The notes: a model not told the origin generated them from the letters alone. DNA of 64,000 bases from Eledone cirrhosa (GCA_964016885.1 OZ024741.1:139748001-139812000), one strand, 5' to 3'. Numbered from the stretch's first letter, positions 29,110 to 45,572 are shown. Made by a program: numbers and translations.

Positions 29110-29897
29110 TACCCGGGAGCGGGGGTATTTCCAGTTCCAATAAAAATGTCCAGTACGTCTCAGACCAAAAGTGAAATCAAAAGCGAAGACACATTCATTT
29201 ACGAAACAATAATTCAAAGAAATATTGTTGACTGCATTGGTCAGGCGAAAAAAGTTTGTCAGAGAACTTGAGTATTGCTATAAGGAAAAAAATAGAACCC
29301 CTATTAGGGTGTCTTAATATAATTGAAATGCGCTGAAATGTTATGAATAGGTATCATATATTGTCGTTCGCCTGTGGTTTAAATTTCATATAAATCGAAA
29401 GGGAAACATTTTCAGCGGGGGTATTGTGCCCCCGGGAACCCTTTGATTAAATTGAAATATACTTATCCAAGTATCCTGGGCAATGTAGTTTCAGAATATA
29501 TAACGTTATGAGGGGTCTCCAAAGCCATAGTAGGAGTTCGTGAAATATTGTTCCATTTATTGGCCAAAGTTTTCACTATAGTGGGTTTAACACCCATTAG
29601 GGTCTCGTAATACTGTTGAAATTTGCTGAGCTTTTGTGAATAGGCACCATATCTTGTCATTTACCCATGGTTTAAATTTCATATGAATTGAAGGGGAAAG
29701 ATTTTCAGCGAGTGTTTTCAGCACGGGTTTGTTCCCCCGGTAACCCTTTGGTTAAAATGAAATATACGTAGGAAATCAAAGGGGCATTAGCCCCACACAC
29801 GTGTCAGGTTTCATCAAGATTGGTATTTTTTTAGCTTTAGGTTCACAAACAAACAAACTCACACAAACAGACAGAAATTACCATTTATGTATATAGA
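29110..29897 (-). mobile_element. Non-autonomous Helitron-like element
   Basis: Minus-strand 5' TCTATATACATAAA + tctgtctgtttgt microsatellite + ccaatcttgatgaaac. Internal duplication 29330-29470/29630-29770. GC-rich 3' end in (TA)n. Confidence 0.62.
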
Positions 29898-30045
29898 TAT
29901 AGGAAAAGAGTCAGGACCTTGATGGCTGAGCTCCAGCCGTTTCGACAGCTAGATCCTGACTCTTTTCTTATTACCCACTCTACTACCCCACGTATCGAGT
30001 ACTTTGGTGCGTTATGGTCCACCTGGTTTCTTACTACACTTTCTT

Positions 30046-30105
<60 letters not shown>

Positions 30106-30348
30106 GTGTGTGGGGGGGGGGGGCGCGCGCGTGTGTGCATGCAGTGCGAGGGGACGGAGAACCCCATGGTTTCGGAAGTGAATGCCTTAGCCACATAGGC
30201 ATCATTGTGCTTATACTATCATAAAACTATCGCTCTTTCCAAATTCCAAGTCTATTTTCACCGGAAATATCTAAGACTATTGATAGATAGCATTTGCTGT
30301 TCAATGCAATTTAACACTTTTTTATTTTTTATTATTTATCATTTCTAG

Positions 30349-30416
30349 GTAAACCACTCTATATTCGGGCTCATATACTTATTCGAAGCATGGGACCAGT
30401 CACTGAAATAGACATG
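30349..30416 (+). CDS. Internal exon (68 bp) of a Cys-loop ligand-gated ion channel subunit, GABA-A alpha/GRD-like
   Basis: Polypyrimidine tract + tttctag acceptor, gtaagt donor. Translates (G)KPLYIRAHILIRSMGPVTEIDM, matching the beta1/loop-2 'I-x-S-x-GPV-S-E-x-DM' motif. Length and phases (1 in, 0 out) match the corresponding GABA-A/GlyR exon as I recall it. Confidence 0.92.
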
Positions 30417-33400
30417 GTAAGTATTTAAATAGTTATTTTATAAATATTTCACCAAGAAATGTTGCCTTGTCATGGGCTTTCAATTCCTGATGGTATTGCT
30501 TGGGTGTGGTTGTGACATACGGCAGATCTTGCCCATTTAGTCTCAATGATGACCATCTCTCTCCAAGGTAGAAAGACCATATAATTTAATTTACTTATAG
30601 ATTCATAGTATTATTTCTTAATTATACATAACTTACATACCCAAAAATAGATGCATAGATACATACATACATATATACATATATACATACATGCATACAT
30701 ATATACATATATATACATACATACATGCATGCATATATACATATATGCATACATACCTATATACATACATATATACATACATACACATACATACATACAA
30801 ACATACATACATACATACATGATGATGGATTCCCCCTCGTTATCGAGTATGGCCATTGTACGATATACTATTATTAATAATAATTAATTAATTATATCGT
30901 GCAATGCCTGTGCGTGAAGATGTTTTTTAAAGTGACGAAAGACTGTGCACTGAGCCAATCCCACTCTCTGAGCGACAGTAGCTATAACCAGAAAAGAAGA
31001 AAAGATCAACATACATACATATTTGCATTTTTTCTGTGTTTGGGTGTGAGCTAGTATATGTGCCTGTCTGACTTACTAACACTGGCATTTGCACAAATGT
31101 AATTCAAAGCCATCAGTAATCTCTCGACTAAATTAGAGAGCCCATGTATTTTTTATACGAAATGGTGACCATTTTTATTTAGCTATGATTTGTAAAGCAG
31201 GACTGTGCTTTGACTACTGAGCTTTCCCTCTGATTTGAATGAACATAACCCAATCGGTCAGTTTCGTCTTACATTTTTACGCCTCAATACAATTCTCCGC
31301 CTTCCGTGTCTTTCAAAGAGAATTGTGTTGCCGATCAAATCAAGGAATTTTCTCTTCCGTCTTCCACAAATTTCAGATTAAATATATATTCAATATTTAA
31401 ACCCTAATATGTCATGGCCATAATGCGATAAGTTCAACTTGTATTTGATGGTTTTGAGATTGATAACAAAAGTCCCAGCCTTCTCTCTCTCTTTCTCTCT
31501 ATATCTCCCTGTCTCTTTCTCTATCTCTCACTCTCTCTCACTCTCTCTCTTTCTCTCTGTCTCAATTTTCAATTAACGAAGAATCAGTAGAGAGAACATT
31601 TCCTGTTAACTCTTGTTTTAGGTGAGATTTTAATTGAATCAAATATGTTGCTGTAATGACTTTATCATATACTCTCACAGAAGATCCAATAATCTATATA
31701 ATTGTTTCTAATTTTGGCACAAGGCCAGCAATTATCCCAGTGTATGACTGGTACTTTATTTTATCGACCCAGTAAGGATGAAAGGCAAAGTTAACATTGG
31801 CGTGATTTGAACTCAGACCATAAAGGGCCGTAACTCTTTGCTGCAAAGAGTTACATTTAAAAATAATATGAAATCTCATTTACTATTTAAACTTATAGAA
31901 AAATAAACTAATAAATATAATATTAGAATTTCACAATAGAAACCCTAATAATGTGTGTTATTTATCCATTAGCTAATGGTTCATAAAATGCTGGAGACAT
32001 ATAATGTATGGTCACTTGTTACGTTCTCAGATTCAGTGAACAATGCAAAATTGAATGTTAGAAAGTTGCTTTCGAGCTCACTGTGTGACGTGTTGGGCAA
32101 CGTATTGGTCATTTATCTTAAACTCGGATTAACCCATGACATGGTCGGTTTAAATTGATGTCAGATTGTGCTTCATGTTTCGGATCTAAAATATATGAAT
32201 CGTTAATCTATCATCAGATTTCTGTCATAGAGTATATCTTACACATGATTCGTTTTCAAATTTAGGATCACTAGTTTTAGTAAAAAATATATAAATCCAC
32301 AATAAAATGAAGTGTGTATTTAAATAAACAAACATGTTTCTACTCGCTCCATTATGAATGAGGAGAGTGCGTTAAGAATGCAGTGAGTAGACATTGGGTC
32401 TGAGAAATAATAACACAATATTCAAGGACAATATTGTAAAGTGAACGTTAAACTTGATTGATTGAAAGTATTGAAAAGCGACAGAACGAACTGAAACACT
32501 TGTTGTGGGTTTCAGTTCACAGTCCACTGTGTTCAAATCCCACAGAGACCAACTTTGATTTTCATCGTCCCGAGGTCGATAAATCAAATACCAGTCCAAT
32601 ATAGGTTCGCTGCATGGTCCTCATTCTCTCTCTTTTTCTCTTTATTAGGAAGTAATCGGTGCCATTTCAACCTGGGGTAAGATAGGCCTCACCAACTTTA
32701 AAAAGCCACATCACGCTGTGTACCATGACGAACTCTCCCCACCCACCGATATTATCAGGGCTTAAGAATCCTTCTGGAACAAGTGGGATAGATTTTTTCC
32801 AGCCACGGCCCATTAGTCCTAGATTTAAACCCTTTTAAATTTGAACAGATCTGCAGCAACTGAAAATAATTGCCTGATCTTTTTACGTTATTCATAAGGA
32901 TTTCTATTTCCTTCAGAGAATATTTAGATTATGAAAATGAAAGAAGCCGACGCCGTCTGAACAGAAGAGGAACATTTCGTTTTATTTGGTTTTTTTCATT
33001 ACTCGTGCTATCTGTCGGTCGCAATTCTTAGAAGAATGAAGCAAAATCTGAACTTGGTGCACATTGATCCAGAACAAATAACCCTAAACATCCCGTCTGA
33101 CGTTTTAACAATTCCGCCAGAAAACCAGCCTGAAAGGTTGAAATACAACGATGACCACAGCGGTATTTGAGTTCAGAGCTCAATGAGATAGAAAATTAAA
33201 GTCCCTAGGTATTTAATTTCACACACTAATGAATCTACCAAATAGCCATCTAACCAAGAAAATATTATTGCTCAAGCCCAATATCCCCATAGTGTGTGTT
33301 AGTATATCATCTTAGTATTGGCGAGGTTTGCTCTCCGAGAGCCGTAGCACATACTGAGAAATTTACTCATACACTCTAACAACTCTTTTTCAGTTATAAT

Positions 33401-34141
33401 TTCACATATTACAAAGTTATATTGTATGTATTAACCAATTGTTTTTATCATTATCATCATATCATGTGTTTCCTAATATTACCCCTATATAATAAATTAA
33501 ATAACAATAGAATACACATTGAGAATATTTCATCTACGCTTCAATTAAATCAGAGGTACTTCTTCCCCTTTTGTTACCATTTATCATTCTTGACGTGCTA
33601 GAATTTCTAAAAAAAAAATGTAATCTTTGGATACATTTCTGAATGGATCAAGTAGTAACTCAGGAACTGATTCCTTAATTGAAATAGCTTTTAGGTCGTA
33701 TTTTTTTAGTTCACATTTCACTATTTTAGAAATTGAAGAACAAAAGACTAATATACGAGTTGAAAAAAATAATAAAATGTCTCAAATCCAATAAACACAA
33801 ATTGGAAATCATCAGCATTAATCCTTTGCATTGAAAGCAACAGATTATAACGGGACTGCTTCCAGTAAATTCAGTGATATTTCGGTTAATCGCGTATTTG
33901 TGTTTCAATGTTCTTCTTTCAACTCAAAATTACTTTTTCAGATTATTTTGCTTTGAATATTTCGATTTGTTTAATTTTTTATTCAAATACATTGGGAGAT
34001 TGATATTGTGGGGAAAAGCACAAATCGTATTAAATTGCAGCGATATTTGCAATTACTGAATACTCATAAATATGGCTATACATATGTGCATGATAACATT
34101 ACAATTTATGTGTGTATGTATCTAGAGCTATATATATATAA

Positions 34142-34173
<32 letters not shown>

Positions 34174-35513
34174 GGGTGGGTGTGCTTGTTTGTGTGGAGA
34201 GAGAGTGAGAGAGATAGAGAAAATACATATATTTAATCTATTATTTTAATAAATATATATATATATATATCAACATTCAACATACACCTATAATTCTATA
34301 TTTATATTCCTTCGCCTATCGTCCTCCCAATCCACAGAGAGAAGCGAGGGCTCTCCACCTGATACTATAGCGAACACCCTCTCTGTTAACGGTACCACGA
34401 AAATGCACCCGGTAGACAAAACATTTATGAATTGCAGAAATACATACATCTAACGAGTATTTCTTCAGTCTGTGATCATGAAACAGTTACCACACAAGAG
34501 ACTTATGTATGTTTATTATGCATAAATGTATTGTATATGCTTTCAGATAAAGCGCTGTGATAAATTTCGTTGTGTTAATGCTACAGCCAATTAAAACTTG
34601 CCCGTCATGTTTATATTATATACTTATAAATGTGCACAAACGTATTATTTCTAAACATTTATTATTTCCAAAATCTGTATGTAAAACACTGCTCCACCCC
34701 CACCCCGATTACCTTTTGAGTAAACGTGGTGGAAATGATGCTAAAAAACTATATATCGTTCTTGCATGGATAAATATGATACTGTGATAGGACATAGCTT
34801 AAAATACCTCCCGCCAGACTTATGTACGGTTATTATAGAAAGATGTATTGCATATATTCATATACGCTTCTATACTGCAGCATGTTGTGTTAGTGCAAAC
34901 AGTACCAGTCTCTCATGACCACATTATGTGTGGTGGATTGGCAATATCGGCAGCGGGTCGGACGCCATGATTTGCAGCATATAGTTACGGCATTTTATTA
35001 TCTGAGTTCAAATCCCACCGAGATTAACTTTGACTTTCATCCATACGAGGTCGATAAAATAAAGTACCAGTCACGCACGGGGGTCAATTTAATCGGCTTT
35101 CCCCTTCCCAAAAATTGCTGGCCTTGTGTCTATATAAGAAACCATTATGTTTGGTGGAGTGGCAGTATCGGTAAAGTATCAGACACCATGCTTTGCAGCA
35201 TAGAGTTATCGCCCTTTGCAGTCGTATTTGTAATATCGCCGAGGTGAGCTTTGGCTTTCATCTTTACAGGATCGATAAAATAATGCACTGGGGCAATAGA
35301 TGGCCTTGAGCCAAAAGTAGATACAATTACATGTAAATGAAAATCTCCTTAATTGTATTACATGCAAAACTCTATATAAACTATCAGCTTATGTGCCACA
35401 GTTCCAACATAGTAAATGTCGCTAGAAATATCGTAAATTAGTGTAGTATATGGGGTTCTGACCCATTTACTGAGATATTTCTGATATGATTATGATTACA
35501 TTTTAAAATACGC

Positions 35514-35547
<34 letters not shown>

Positions 35548-35565
35548 TTACACCCCCACGCGCAA

Positions 35566-35629
<64 letters not shown>

Positions 35630-35811
35630 CGAAGGAAATGTGGTAAGGAACCAGGTGGACCATAACGCACCAAAGTACTCAATACTTAGGGTAGTAGAGT
35701 GGGTAATAGGAACAAGTAAGACCCCGACGGCTGAGCTCAAGCCGTTTCGACGGCTAATTGCAGAATTAGCCGTCGAACGGCTTGAGCTCAGCCTTCGGGG
35801 TCTTACTTGTT

Positions 35812-35905
<94 letters not shown>

Positions 35906-38246
35906 CACGCTAAGATTTGACATATAATTACACACCATACGTATTGATTTAATTCAATTGGGCAGCAATCAGACGATCAATATAGAAATAAATGTGCAAG
36001 ATTGTTCATTTAGTCTACAATGCTGTATATATTCTGTACAAACATCAAATGTCGCTGTCGATGCGGCATTTAATGTTATGTCAATACCGCAATACACACC
36101 TCATTTCACACGTCACACGCTTCTAATGAAATCTTTCTCATCCATATGATATTTTTTTACTTCCACTTTTTACCTCAGATGTTATTATAATTAACTTAAT
36201 ACTTAATAATCGTTGAAAAATATTTCTGAAACAGTTATAGCATTCACTATTAATGTTTTAACCAATTATAGTAGTGTAAATATAAATACAAAGAAAACCC
36301 TTGACGCCTGTGTGCGCGTTTAGGGATGTACTGAGGGCATTTTAAACTTGGCTTAGCACATTAATCTGCACCATAGAACTCGTGGAAGAGAGGATGGAGA
36401 CACAGAGAGCGGGGCGGAAGGAGAGAAGGGGGGAGATTGGGAGACAGAAGAAGAACTCATATACATGACAGTAAAATTCATATGTCTATATACAATAAAA
36501 ATATGAGAGCCTGGCTATCAAAGTAAAATTATATTTTCGTTATAAGTTTGTTTTTCTGTTTCGTTCTGTGTACATCCCATATATATCCAAGTAGCAGTTG
36601 GTAATGATACACAGCTGTTTCAAGATTCGTTCATTGTTTTATCTTGATGGTACTGCTAATTATAGCCAGGCCAGTTTTCACTGTAAGTAAATAAGCATTT
36701 CGAAGCGGTATTTTATGTTTGCTATACGCAAATGATGATCTCCGTACGCATGTGCGTGACTATAAGGCTAATAATGTAGATAAACTAAGATACTACACAC
36801 ACACCACTGAATCATAATACTTTAGGGCCCACACTAAGTGTGCAGTTGTGATTGTGACTCCTGTGCTTGCAGCTCTATTTACTTGGCACTCATTGCAGGA
36901 TCTAGGGAGCCATTAGTGTTACATTAAACCCAACATTTACACCGAATCCTCCATCATTTCCCTGTTCTAAGCCACTCCACATGTTGTAGTTTGGACTTTG
37001 AATGCTATATCGTCGTGCTTAATACCCAGCAGTATAACTTGCGACCATACCCAAGACATGAGGCAGAGCGACGAACACAATCTTTTTTTCCCAACGACAC
37101 CGTACGACTGTTTTAATTGTGAGACTGGGCGCGTGTGTGTGTATACGCCAGTTTTTATATGCAAAAGCACACATGTATAGGCAAACCTGCGCTCATATGT
37201 ACAATTAAATACACACAGAGAGACGTGTGTAAACGTATACAGCCAACTCTAACTCCGTATGTCAATCAGCTCTATCTCACGCGCACACTCACAACTCGGT
37301 AATCCCAACAATGATGTCAGCTTTGTCATGGTCTCACGCACATACTCTCGTAGATTTGCATAGTCAAACTAACTAACACACACATACACTTACATGCACA
37401 TATCCATTCAACATGCACAAGGATTATTTCTCTTCCAAAAGACCTCGAATAGTTATGATAGATTCTTAACTGCACTTCCTCGAAGTAGCTAACTATACAA
37501 ACATGTTTCTCTCCTAACTTCATTTTTGTTCAGCTTCTTACTGTTCCTAGTGTCATCTATTTCTTCTTTTGTGTCTAATTCTATCGTCTCGTGAAGGGCT
37601 AACATCCGAAACTTTAAGACAATTTTCAAGCGTTTAACTTGTATATTTCTACATTGTACTGTATTCTTTTCTGTGTTTATCAGGTTACTTTTCGCATATG
37701 TATGTATGAATGTATGTATGTGTGTATGTATATATGTATTTATGTATGAGCTTCTGTATACGTAAGTGTAGGTGTATATTCTCGTACATAAGTATAAATT
37801 TATATCCATTGCGAAGTCGACTTCGTTAACTTGATAGTCATAAAGTATTACAGAATGAGAAGTCAGACGGGAAAATGTTGTAAAGTCTTGAAATACATGG
37901 TTAATAAACTTAAACGAATATATACAAAATAAATAACAAATAATCCCTGGTGCCAAATCGTGTGATTCTGCTAAGTAGCAAGAAAATTATGGAAACTCGC
38001 TAGGATGTAGTCCGCCATTTTTCAATTATCTTAATTAAATTATGTCTGCATTTTGTGCCATTCCCTTTTATATTATTGTGGAAGGACGTGAATATTCCTA
38101 AAAATCATATCCGTTTCGAAAACAATAGATATATCTTTCAGTGGTTTTTACATCTATTTTATAATAACATTTACGGATATTCAAATAGTATCAATTATTA
38201 TTACTAACCGATATTTCCTCACAAATGTCATGGAACAAATTTCTAC

Positions 38247-38346
<100 letters not shown>

Positions 38347-38349
38347 TGT

Positions 38350-38388
<39 letters not shown>

Positions 38389-39058
38389 TGTGTGTGCGTG
38401 TGTGTCTGTGTGTGAATATATGCGCACATGTGTTTGTGTGTGTGTGTGTGTGTGTGTGAGCGTGTTTGCATTTATTACAAATGTAGTCGTCAAAATACAA
38501 ATGACAATTATACTAGATCAATATTAATGGTATTTGAAAATCTCGAGTAAGGTAAACCTGAGAACGGAAAAATATCACGTAGACACTGGGGAAATATGTA
38601 TATATATATATATATATAAGTGTAATTTTCCTCGAATCGTATAATATTACGCAGGACATTGTTTGACGGAGTATTGAGTTAATTATTTCTAACATTAGTA
38701 CAGAGCCTACAATTTAGTGGAAGGGGAAAGTAGATTATATCGAATTCAGTAATTGACTAGTAAGTTATTTTGTCGACTCTGGTTGGATGAATGACAAAGT
38801 TGACCGTAACGCAATTTGAATTCAAAACGTAAACAACCCAAACAATTACTAGAGCATATGTGTGTCTATTCCCCCTTCCATTGGAATTTAAATAAAGTAT
38901 AAGACAATAATAATGTTCGTCACTGCCCCCAAGAAACCCGGTTGATATATCGTAAAAAGTTATATAATTACATGCTGACTGACGTAATATTATCTCCACT
39001 AATTACTTCTTGTTCGCAATTAATTAACCATACACAGATGCAATGGAAATAAGTATCG

Positions 39059-39161
<103 letters not shown>

Positions 39162-39233
39162 GTGTATACTTATTATATACAAATTGGTGCAGTCTAGGTA
39201 ATCCACTCTGTGTGATAATATATATATGAATTC

Positions 39234-39291
<58 letters not shown>

Positions 39292-39721
39292 GATAAATCT
39301 ACCAAAATATAGGGTAGTGTCCAATCCGTATGAAGAACTCAATGTAATCCAAATATCATGAAAAGAAAAGATGCATTCAAACATTTTATAAACTTATATC
39401 GTATAGATCTATGTAAAAATATTACAAATTAACAGAGGTGAATACATACCTTCACATATACATGCTGTCTTCAGAAATATATATATATATATACGAACTC
39501 ATTATTAATACATATTAACTCTTTATTCGCATATATTATCAATTCAATCAATATACAAACTTTAACTTCACATTATTTTTCTCAAATCCTCTACACACAA
39601 ACCTTAATAATTTTTCTCTTCGTTAATTTTGAAATTGCCACAATACATACATTTCTTTTTTTGACGTTAGAATATTCATCCACAATTATTATTTTTTTCT
39701 CTCTATCTTCATACATAATTT

Positions 39722-40135
39722 CCCTTCGTTAATTTTCAAATTCCTTTAATTTATACATTATCTTCCAACGGTTCCCAACCTCTCTATGTTAAACAATATA
39801 TCTTTTTCTCAGTTATAAAAACTATCTCTTTCTCTCTATCACCCATCTCTCCCTCTCCACCTTCACTCTCATCTCCTCACCCTTTTTGTTCATCCTTTCC
39901 ACCCCCCCCCCCCTCCCTAAATAAAATATTTTTTCCTCGCACATATCCTCCCTTCGTTAATTTTCAAAATGTTTAATTTATACAGTATCTTCCAACGGTT
40001 TTCAACCTCTCTATGTAAAAAATATATCTCCTCTCAGTTATAAAAACTATCTCTTTCTCTCTATCACCCATCTCTCCCTCTCATCTCCTTCCCTTTTCAT
40101 CCTCCCCCCCCCTCTCTAAATAAAATATTTTTTCC
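39722..40135. repeat. Tandem duplication, ~230-bp units
   Basis: cccttcgttaattttcaaa...tcttccaacggtt...ctcagttataaaaactatctctttctctctatcacccatctctccctc occurs twice. Confidence 0.85.
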
Positions 40136-41333
40136 CAATATCACACATCAATCTAAAACCACTTTTCATATGTAGATTTAAAACTGCACTATCCACAAGT
40201 GTTTTTTAGCCTTCATATCATGTTCTCCTGTTTTATCTGATGAAAACACAAATATTATTGCATGATGATGTTTGTTTTTGAAATGCGCATAATAAAATAC
40301 ATGGAACTCCTTTAACCATCTTTTGATCTTATATTATGCATACTCCAGTCCTACAAACTGTAGAGTGCTTCTTATCCGATATCTGCATTGCTTTATTGTA
40401 CTACAATAAAACTCACCTCCTACATATATATATATATATATATATATTTATAGTGGTGGCCAGCTCAATACCAAGCTTGATTATTTCAGAGTAGAGTACA
40501 TGATGCCAGTTCTGGCATAAGATCGTATGTGAGAATTTAGACGTACTTTCAAAACCCTTGCACATGAATTGTAAATCACTTTTGGTGAAGTTTGGTCTAC
40601 CTGTGTATCTTGATTAACTTGAAAATTATCTTTAGATGTCTACGAGATTTTCAGATATTGTGGCATATGTGATATTGATAATTTGTATGTTCCATTGTCA
40701 TTTGTGAGTACCATATTGTCGGATCTTAAGTGAGATTCAAGTCAAGCCGCTGACATGCAGATTCTGCCACAAACTTTAGAATTAGAAAAAGCTCCATCAA
40801 TTTCATATATATACATATATATATATATAATAAAAGTATGTATTCCTACATGTAATTAATACACACAGGGATCACAAGTATAGTCTGACCGTATACCAGT
40901 GTGATTCAATGGCAAGTTAATAAATTAAGAAGCCAGAACATATAAAATATAGTAAGTATGGTGAATTTTTTTAAATGTATTTTAAGATTTTTCCTATATT
41001 TGCATTCATTTGATTATATATATGTATATATATATATATATGTATGTATGTGTGTGTGTGTGTGTGTGCGTGTATGTGTGTATGTGTGTGTGTTTGTGTA
41101 TTCATGGTCACATTCCGTATATTCAGGCCTGAATATACGGAATGTGTTCCAAAGAAAGAGGGAAATTGATAGAGGGGGAATAAGAAAGAGATATAGAAGA
41201 AGAAGGAGAATCAATCACAGTATTGGACTGGTATTTTTATCGACCTCGAGAGGATGAAAGGCAATGTTCGCCTCCGAGAACGAGTACCATAAAGCATTTT
41301 ATCCGACATTCTAATAATTCTGCCAATATATAC

Positions 41334-41941
<608 letters not shown>

Positions 41942-42983
41942 ACCTTAAGGTTACTTCTTACTTATGGTTAAGTTATACCTGTATAAATACAGACTATGTG
42001 ACGGAGAATGCACCAACATGAATATATATATACACACATTAATATGTAGGCATATAAGTAGGACGGAAAATATGAATTTCCCTGTAAATTGAAAACAATG
42101 ATAAAGATATTTAACCTATTTTCGAATCTTATTGGACATGTGTATCAAACATTCGACCTCAAGGTAACATGTATTTGATGGGTATATATATATATCTATA
42201 TAGGAACAAGTATGACCCCGACGGCAGAGCTCAAGCCGTTTCGACGACTATTTCTGGACTATTCCAGTCTAGAAATAGCCGTCGAAACGGCTTGAGCTCT
42301 GGCGTCGGGGTCATATTTGTTCCTATTACCCACTCTACTACCCTAGGTATTGAGTACTTTGGTGTGTTATGGTCCATCTGGTTCCTTACCACACTTCCTT
42401 TGTTATATATATATATATATACCCAATCGATGTTAGTATTATACTGAAATGAACGTAGTAATGTCCATATAATCAGCGCTCGTATTGCCAATTAATTTAG
42501 ATATGCAGTAAGAATTGTGCTAGAAGGGAGTAAGCAACTTTGATAGCAGAACGTTCCCAGATGTAAATTATTTTAAAATGTATGGGAGCAAGAAATTAAT
42601 ACGAAAAATCACGCATGTCTGAGTAGTTTAGATAGAGTATTTTACTGAAGGATGTCAAAGCCTAGTGAAAATATTGTCAATCATCATTATATATTTTTCT
42701 CGTTTAAGTAATACTAAATGGTATTTACATTGGTGATTTTGTATTCAAAATATATAAAGAATGTTCAGTATCTGATTAATCAATACCATCCTTTATTGAA
42801 AGGTTCATAGGAAAAAAAGACAAAAACGTAACAGAAACACATCCAACGTCTAAAATATATTTAAAAGAAGTAGGCCAAAGTAAATATATGATACATTTGT
42901 AGTTGAGTACCTTAAAAAATGTGAGCAAATTATGAATGAGAAACACGTGATTCATACTTTTGGTATTGATTACTTTCTTTCTT

Positions 42984-43029
<46 letters not shown>

Positions 43030-43255
43030 GATAGAGAGAGAGAGAGTATATATATAATATAGAAATGGTTTCTACAGGACTAGAACTGTTTAATTCGGGA
43101 AAAACAATCAGGAAGCCAACTGTCCAAGTAATATTACTTGGACAGTCGGCTTCGTGATGATTTTTTTTCCGAATGAAACAATTCTAGTCCTGTAGAAGCC
43201 ATTTCTATATTAAATATTTATACCCTGCTATGTATTGAGTGTCTCACTTACTGTT

Positions 43256-44213
43256 GGTTGTGGCAGTAGTGAGTGGTGTCAGTGGTAGTGGTGGTGGTGA
43301 TGGCGGTAGTGGTGTTGGTGGTTGTGGCAGTAGTGAGTGGTGTCAGTGGCAGTGGTGGTGGTGATGGTGGTAGTGGTGTTGGTGGTTGTGGCAGTAGTGA
43401 GTGGTGTCAGTGGTACTGGTGGTGGTGATGGTGGTAGTGGTGTTGGTGGTTGTGGCAGTAGTGAGTGGTGTCAGTGGCAGTGGTGGTGGTGATGGTGGTA
43501 GTGGTGTTGGTGGTTGTGGCAGTAGTGAGTGGTGTCAGTGGTACTGGTGGTGGTGATGGTGGTAGTGGTGTTGGTGGTTGTGGCAGTAATGAGTGGTGTC
43601 AGTGGCAGTGGTGGTGGTGATGGTGGTAGTGGTGTTGGTGGTTGTGGCAGTAGTGAGTGGTGTCAGTGGTAGTGGTGGTGGTGATGGTGGTAGTGGTGTT
43701 GGTGGTTGTGGCAGTAGTGAGTGGTGTCAGTGGCAGTGGTGGTGGTGATGGTGGTAGTGGTGTTGGTGGTTGTGGCAGTAGTGAGTGGTGTCAGTGGTAC
43801 TGGTGGTGGTGATGGTGGTAGTGGTGTTGGTGGTTGTGGCAGTAGTGAGTGGTGTCAGTGGCGGTGGTGGTGGTGATGGTGGTAGTGGTGTTGGTGGTTG
43901 TGGCAGTAGTGAGTGGTGTCAGTGGCAGTGGTGGTGGTGATGGTGGTAGTGGTGTTGGTGGTTGTGGCAGTAGTGAGTGGTGTCAGTGGTAGTGGTGGTG
44001 GTGATGGTGGTAGTGGTGTTGGTGGTTGTGGCAGTAGTGAGTGGTGTCAGTGGTAGTGGTGGTGGTGATGGTGGTAGTGGTGTTGGTGGTTGTGGCAGTA
44101 GTGAGTGGTGTCAGTGGTAGTGGTGGTGGTGATGGTGGTAGTGGTGTTGGTGGTTGTGGCAGTAGTGAGTAGTGTCAGTGGTAGTGGTGGTGGTGATGGT
44201 GGCAGTGGTGTTG
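43256..44213 (+). repeat. 64-bp G/T-rich minisatellite, ~15 copies
   Basis: Unit ggttgtggcagtagtgagtggtgtcagtgg(c/t)agtggtggtggtgatggtggtagtggtgttggt; copies are near-identical. Confidence 0.95.
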
Positions 44214-44384
44214 GCGTGTGTGCGCGCGCGAGCGTGTGTCTACGTGTGTTTGCGTGTTTTGTTTGTGTGTGTACGTGCCTGTACACACACACACACGTAC
44301 CCACACATACATATATATATATATATTGCAGTCATTCTTCATGCAATAGATTACTGACCATTGCGATGTATGCCTATTTTGTAG

Positions 44385-44608
44385 TCCTACTCGATGCAAC
44401 TCTATTACCGGCAAGTTTGGTATGATAAACGCCTGGCATTCAACCTGGACAACATTACAGAGCTTCAGCTAAATAATAAATTCTTACACAATATATGGAA
44501 GCCAGATACATACTTTCTGAATGGGAAAAAATCTTATCAACATGACATCACGGTTCCGAATATTTTCTTGAGAATGAGAAAAGACGGTCGCCTATATGTT
44601 TCCCGTAG
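44385..44608 (+). CDS. Next exon (224 bp) of the same Cys-loop receptor: loops D, A and E of the ligand-binding domain
   Basis: ttttgtag acceptor, AG|gtaagt donor, phase 0 in and phase 2 out. SYSMQLYYRQVWYDKRLAFNLDNITELQLNNKFLHNIWKPDTYFLNGKKSYQHDITVPNIFLRMRKDGRLYVSR(R) has the RQxWxDxRL and WxPDTYFxNGKKS signatures. It splices in frame to 30349-30416. Confidence 0.96.
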
Positions 44609-44679
44609 GTAAGTAAACGATGTTTCATAGTATAAAATAGCAGCAATAAAAAGCATGGTACATCACATATCAATATAGA

Positions 44680-44721
<42 letters not shown>

Positions 44722-45468
44722 GACGTAAAATAAGAAAATTATAACAATTAACTTACTTACTAAAATTAGTTGGAGTGAAATTTTAGTAAGTAAGTTAATT
44801 TTATAATTTTCTTACTTTACGTCTTTCATATAATTGTTCTGCATCCCCTTTCATTGAACCACAAAGTTACTAAGACAAAACCTATATATTTGCTAACATA
44901 GGTGTGTATCTGTATATATATGTTGATAGATATACTAATTCTTTATAAATATATCCAAATTATTTTGTTGAGCAAAAATTTGCCAAAACTACTACTATAG
45001 TTCATAGTACTAGTCCGGCTACTGTCTTCTTAACACTCCACTCCTCTCTGATTAACCTCGATGTCACGTGATTGATTCTTTTGAATTTGCCACCGACCAA
45101 GTAGACAGTGATTTTTTCAATGTCTTGGAATTTAGTCCTCGCTTGCTTTTTTCCATCAACTGAATTATTTTGGTATAAGTTCCCTGTGTCCACGCATTGC
45201 CTGGGAATTTAGCTGAGAATTCACTTCCTGATGACGAAAGGTATTCTCCATGTTCCATTCGGAAACCATGTTTATTCCCTTTCAGAAACTAATTAGTTGG
45301 AGTGAAATTTTAGTAAATAAGTCAATTTTTATAATTTTCTTATTTTACGTCTTTCTTATAATTGTTCTGCATCCCCTTGCATTGAATCACAAAGTTACTA
45401 AGACAAAACCTATATATTTGCTAGCATAGGTATGCATCTGTATATATATGTTGGTAGATATACTAATT

Positions 45469-45572
<104 letters not shown>

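Noticed and set aside
43256-44425. Minisatellite as a CRISPR array or a Val/Thr/His-rich coding repeat
   Set aside because: No unique spacers, eukaryotic context, and the 64-bp unit is not a multiple of three.
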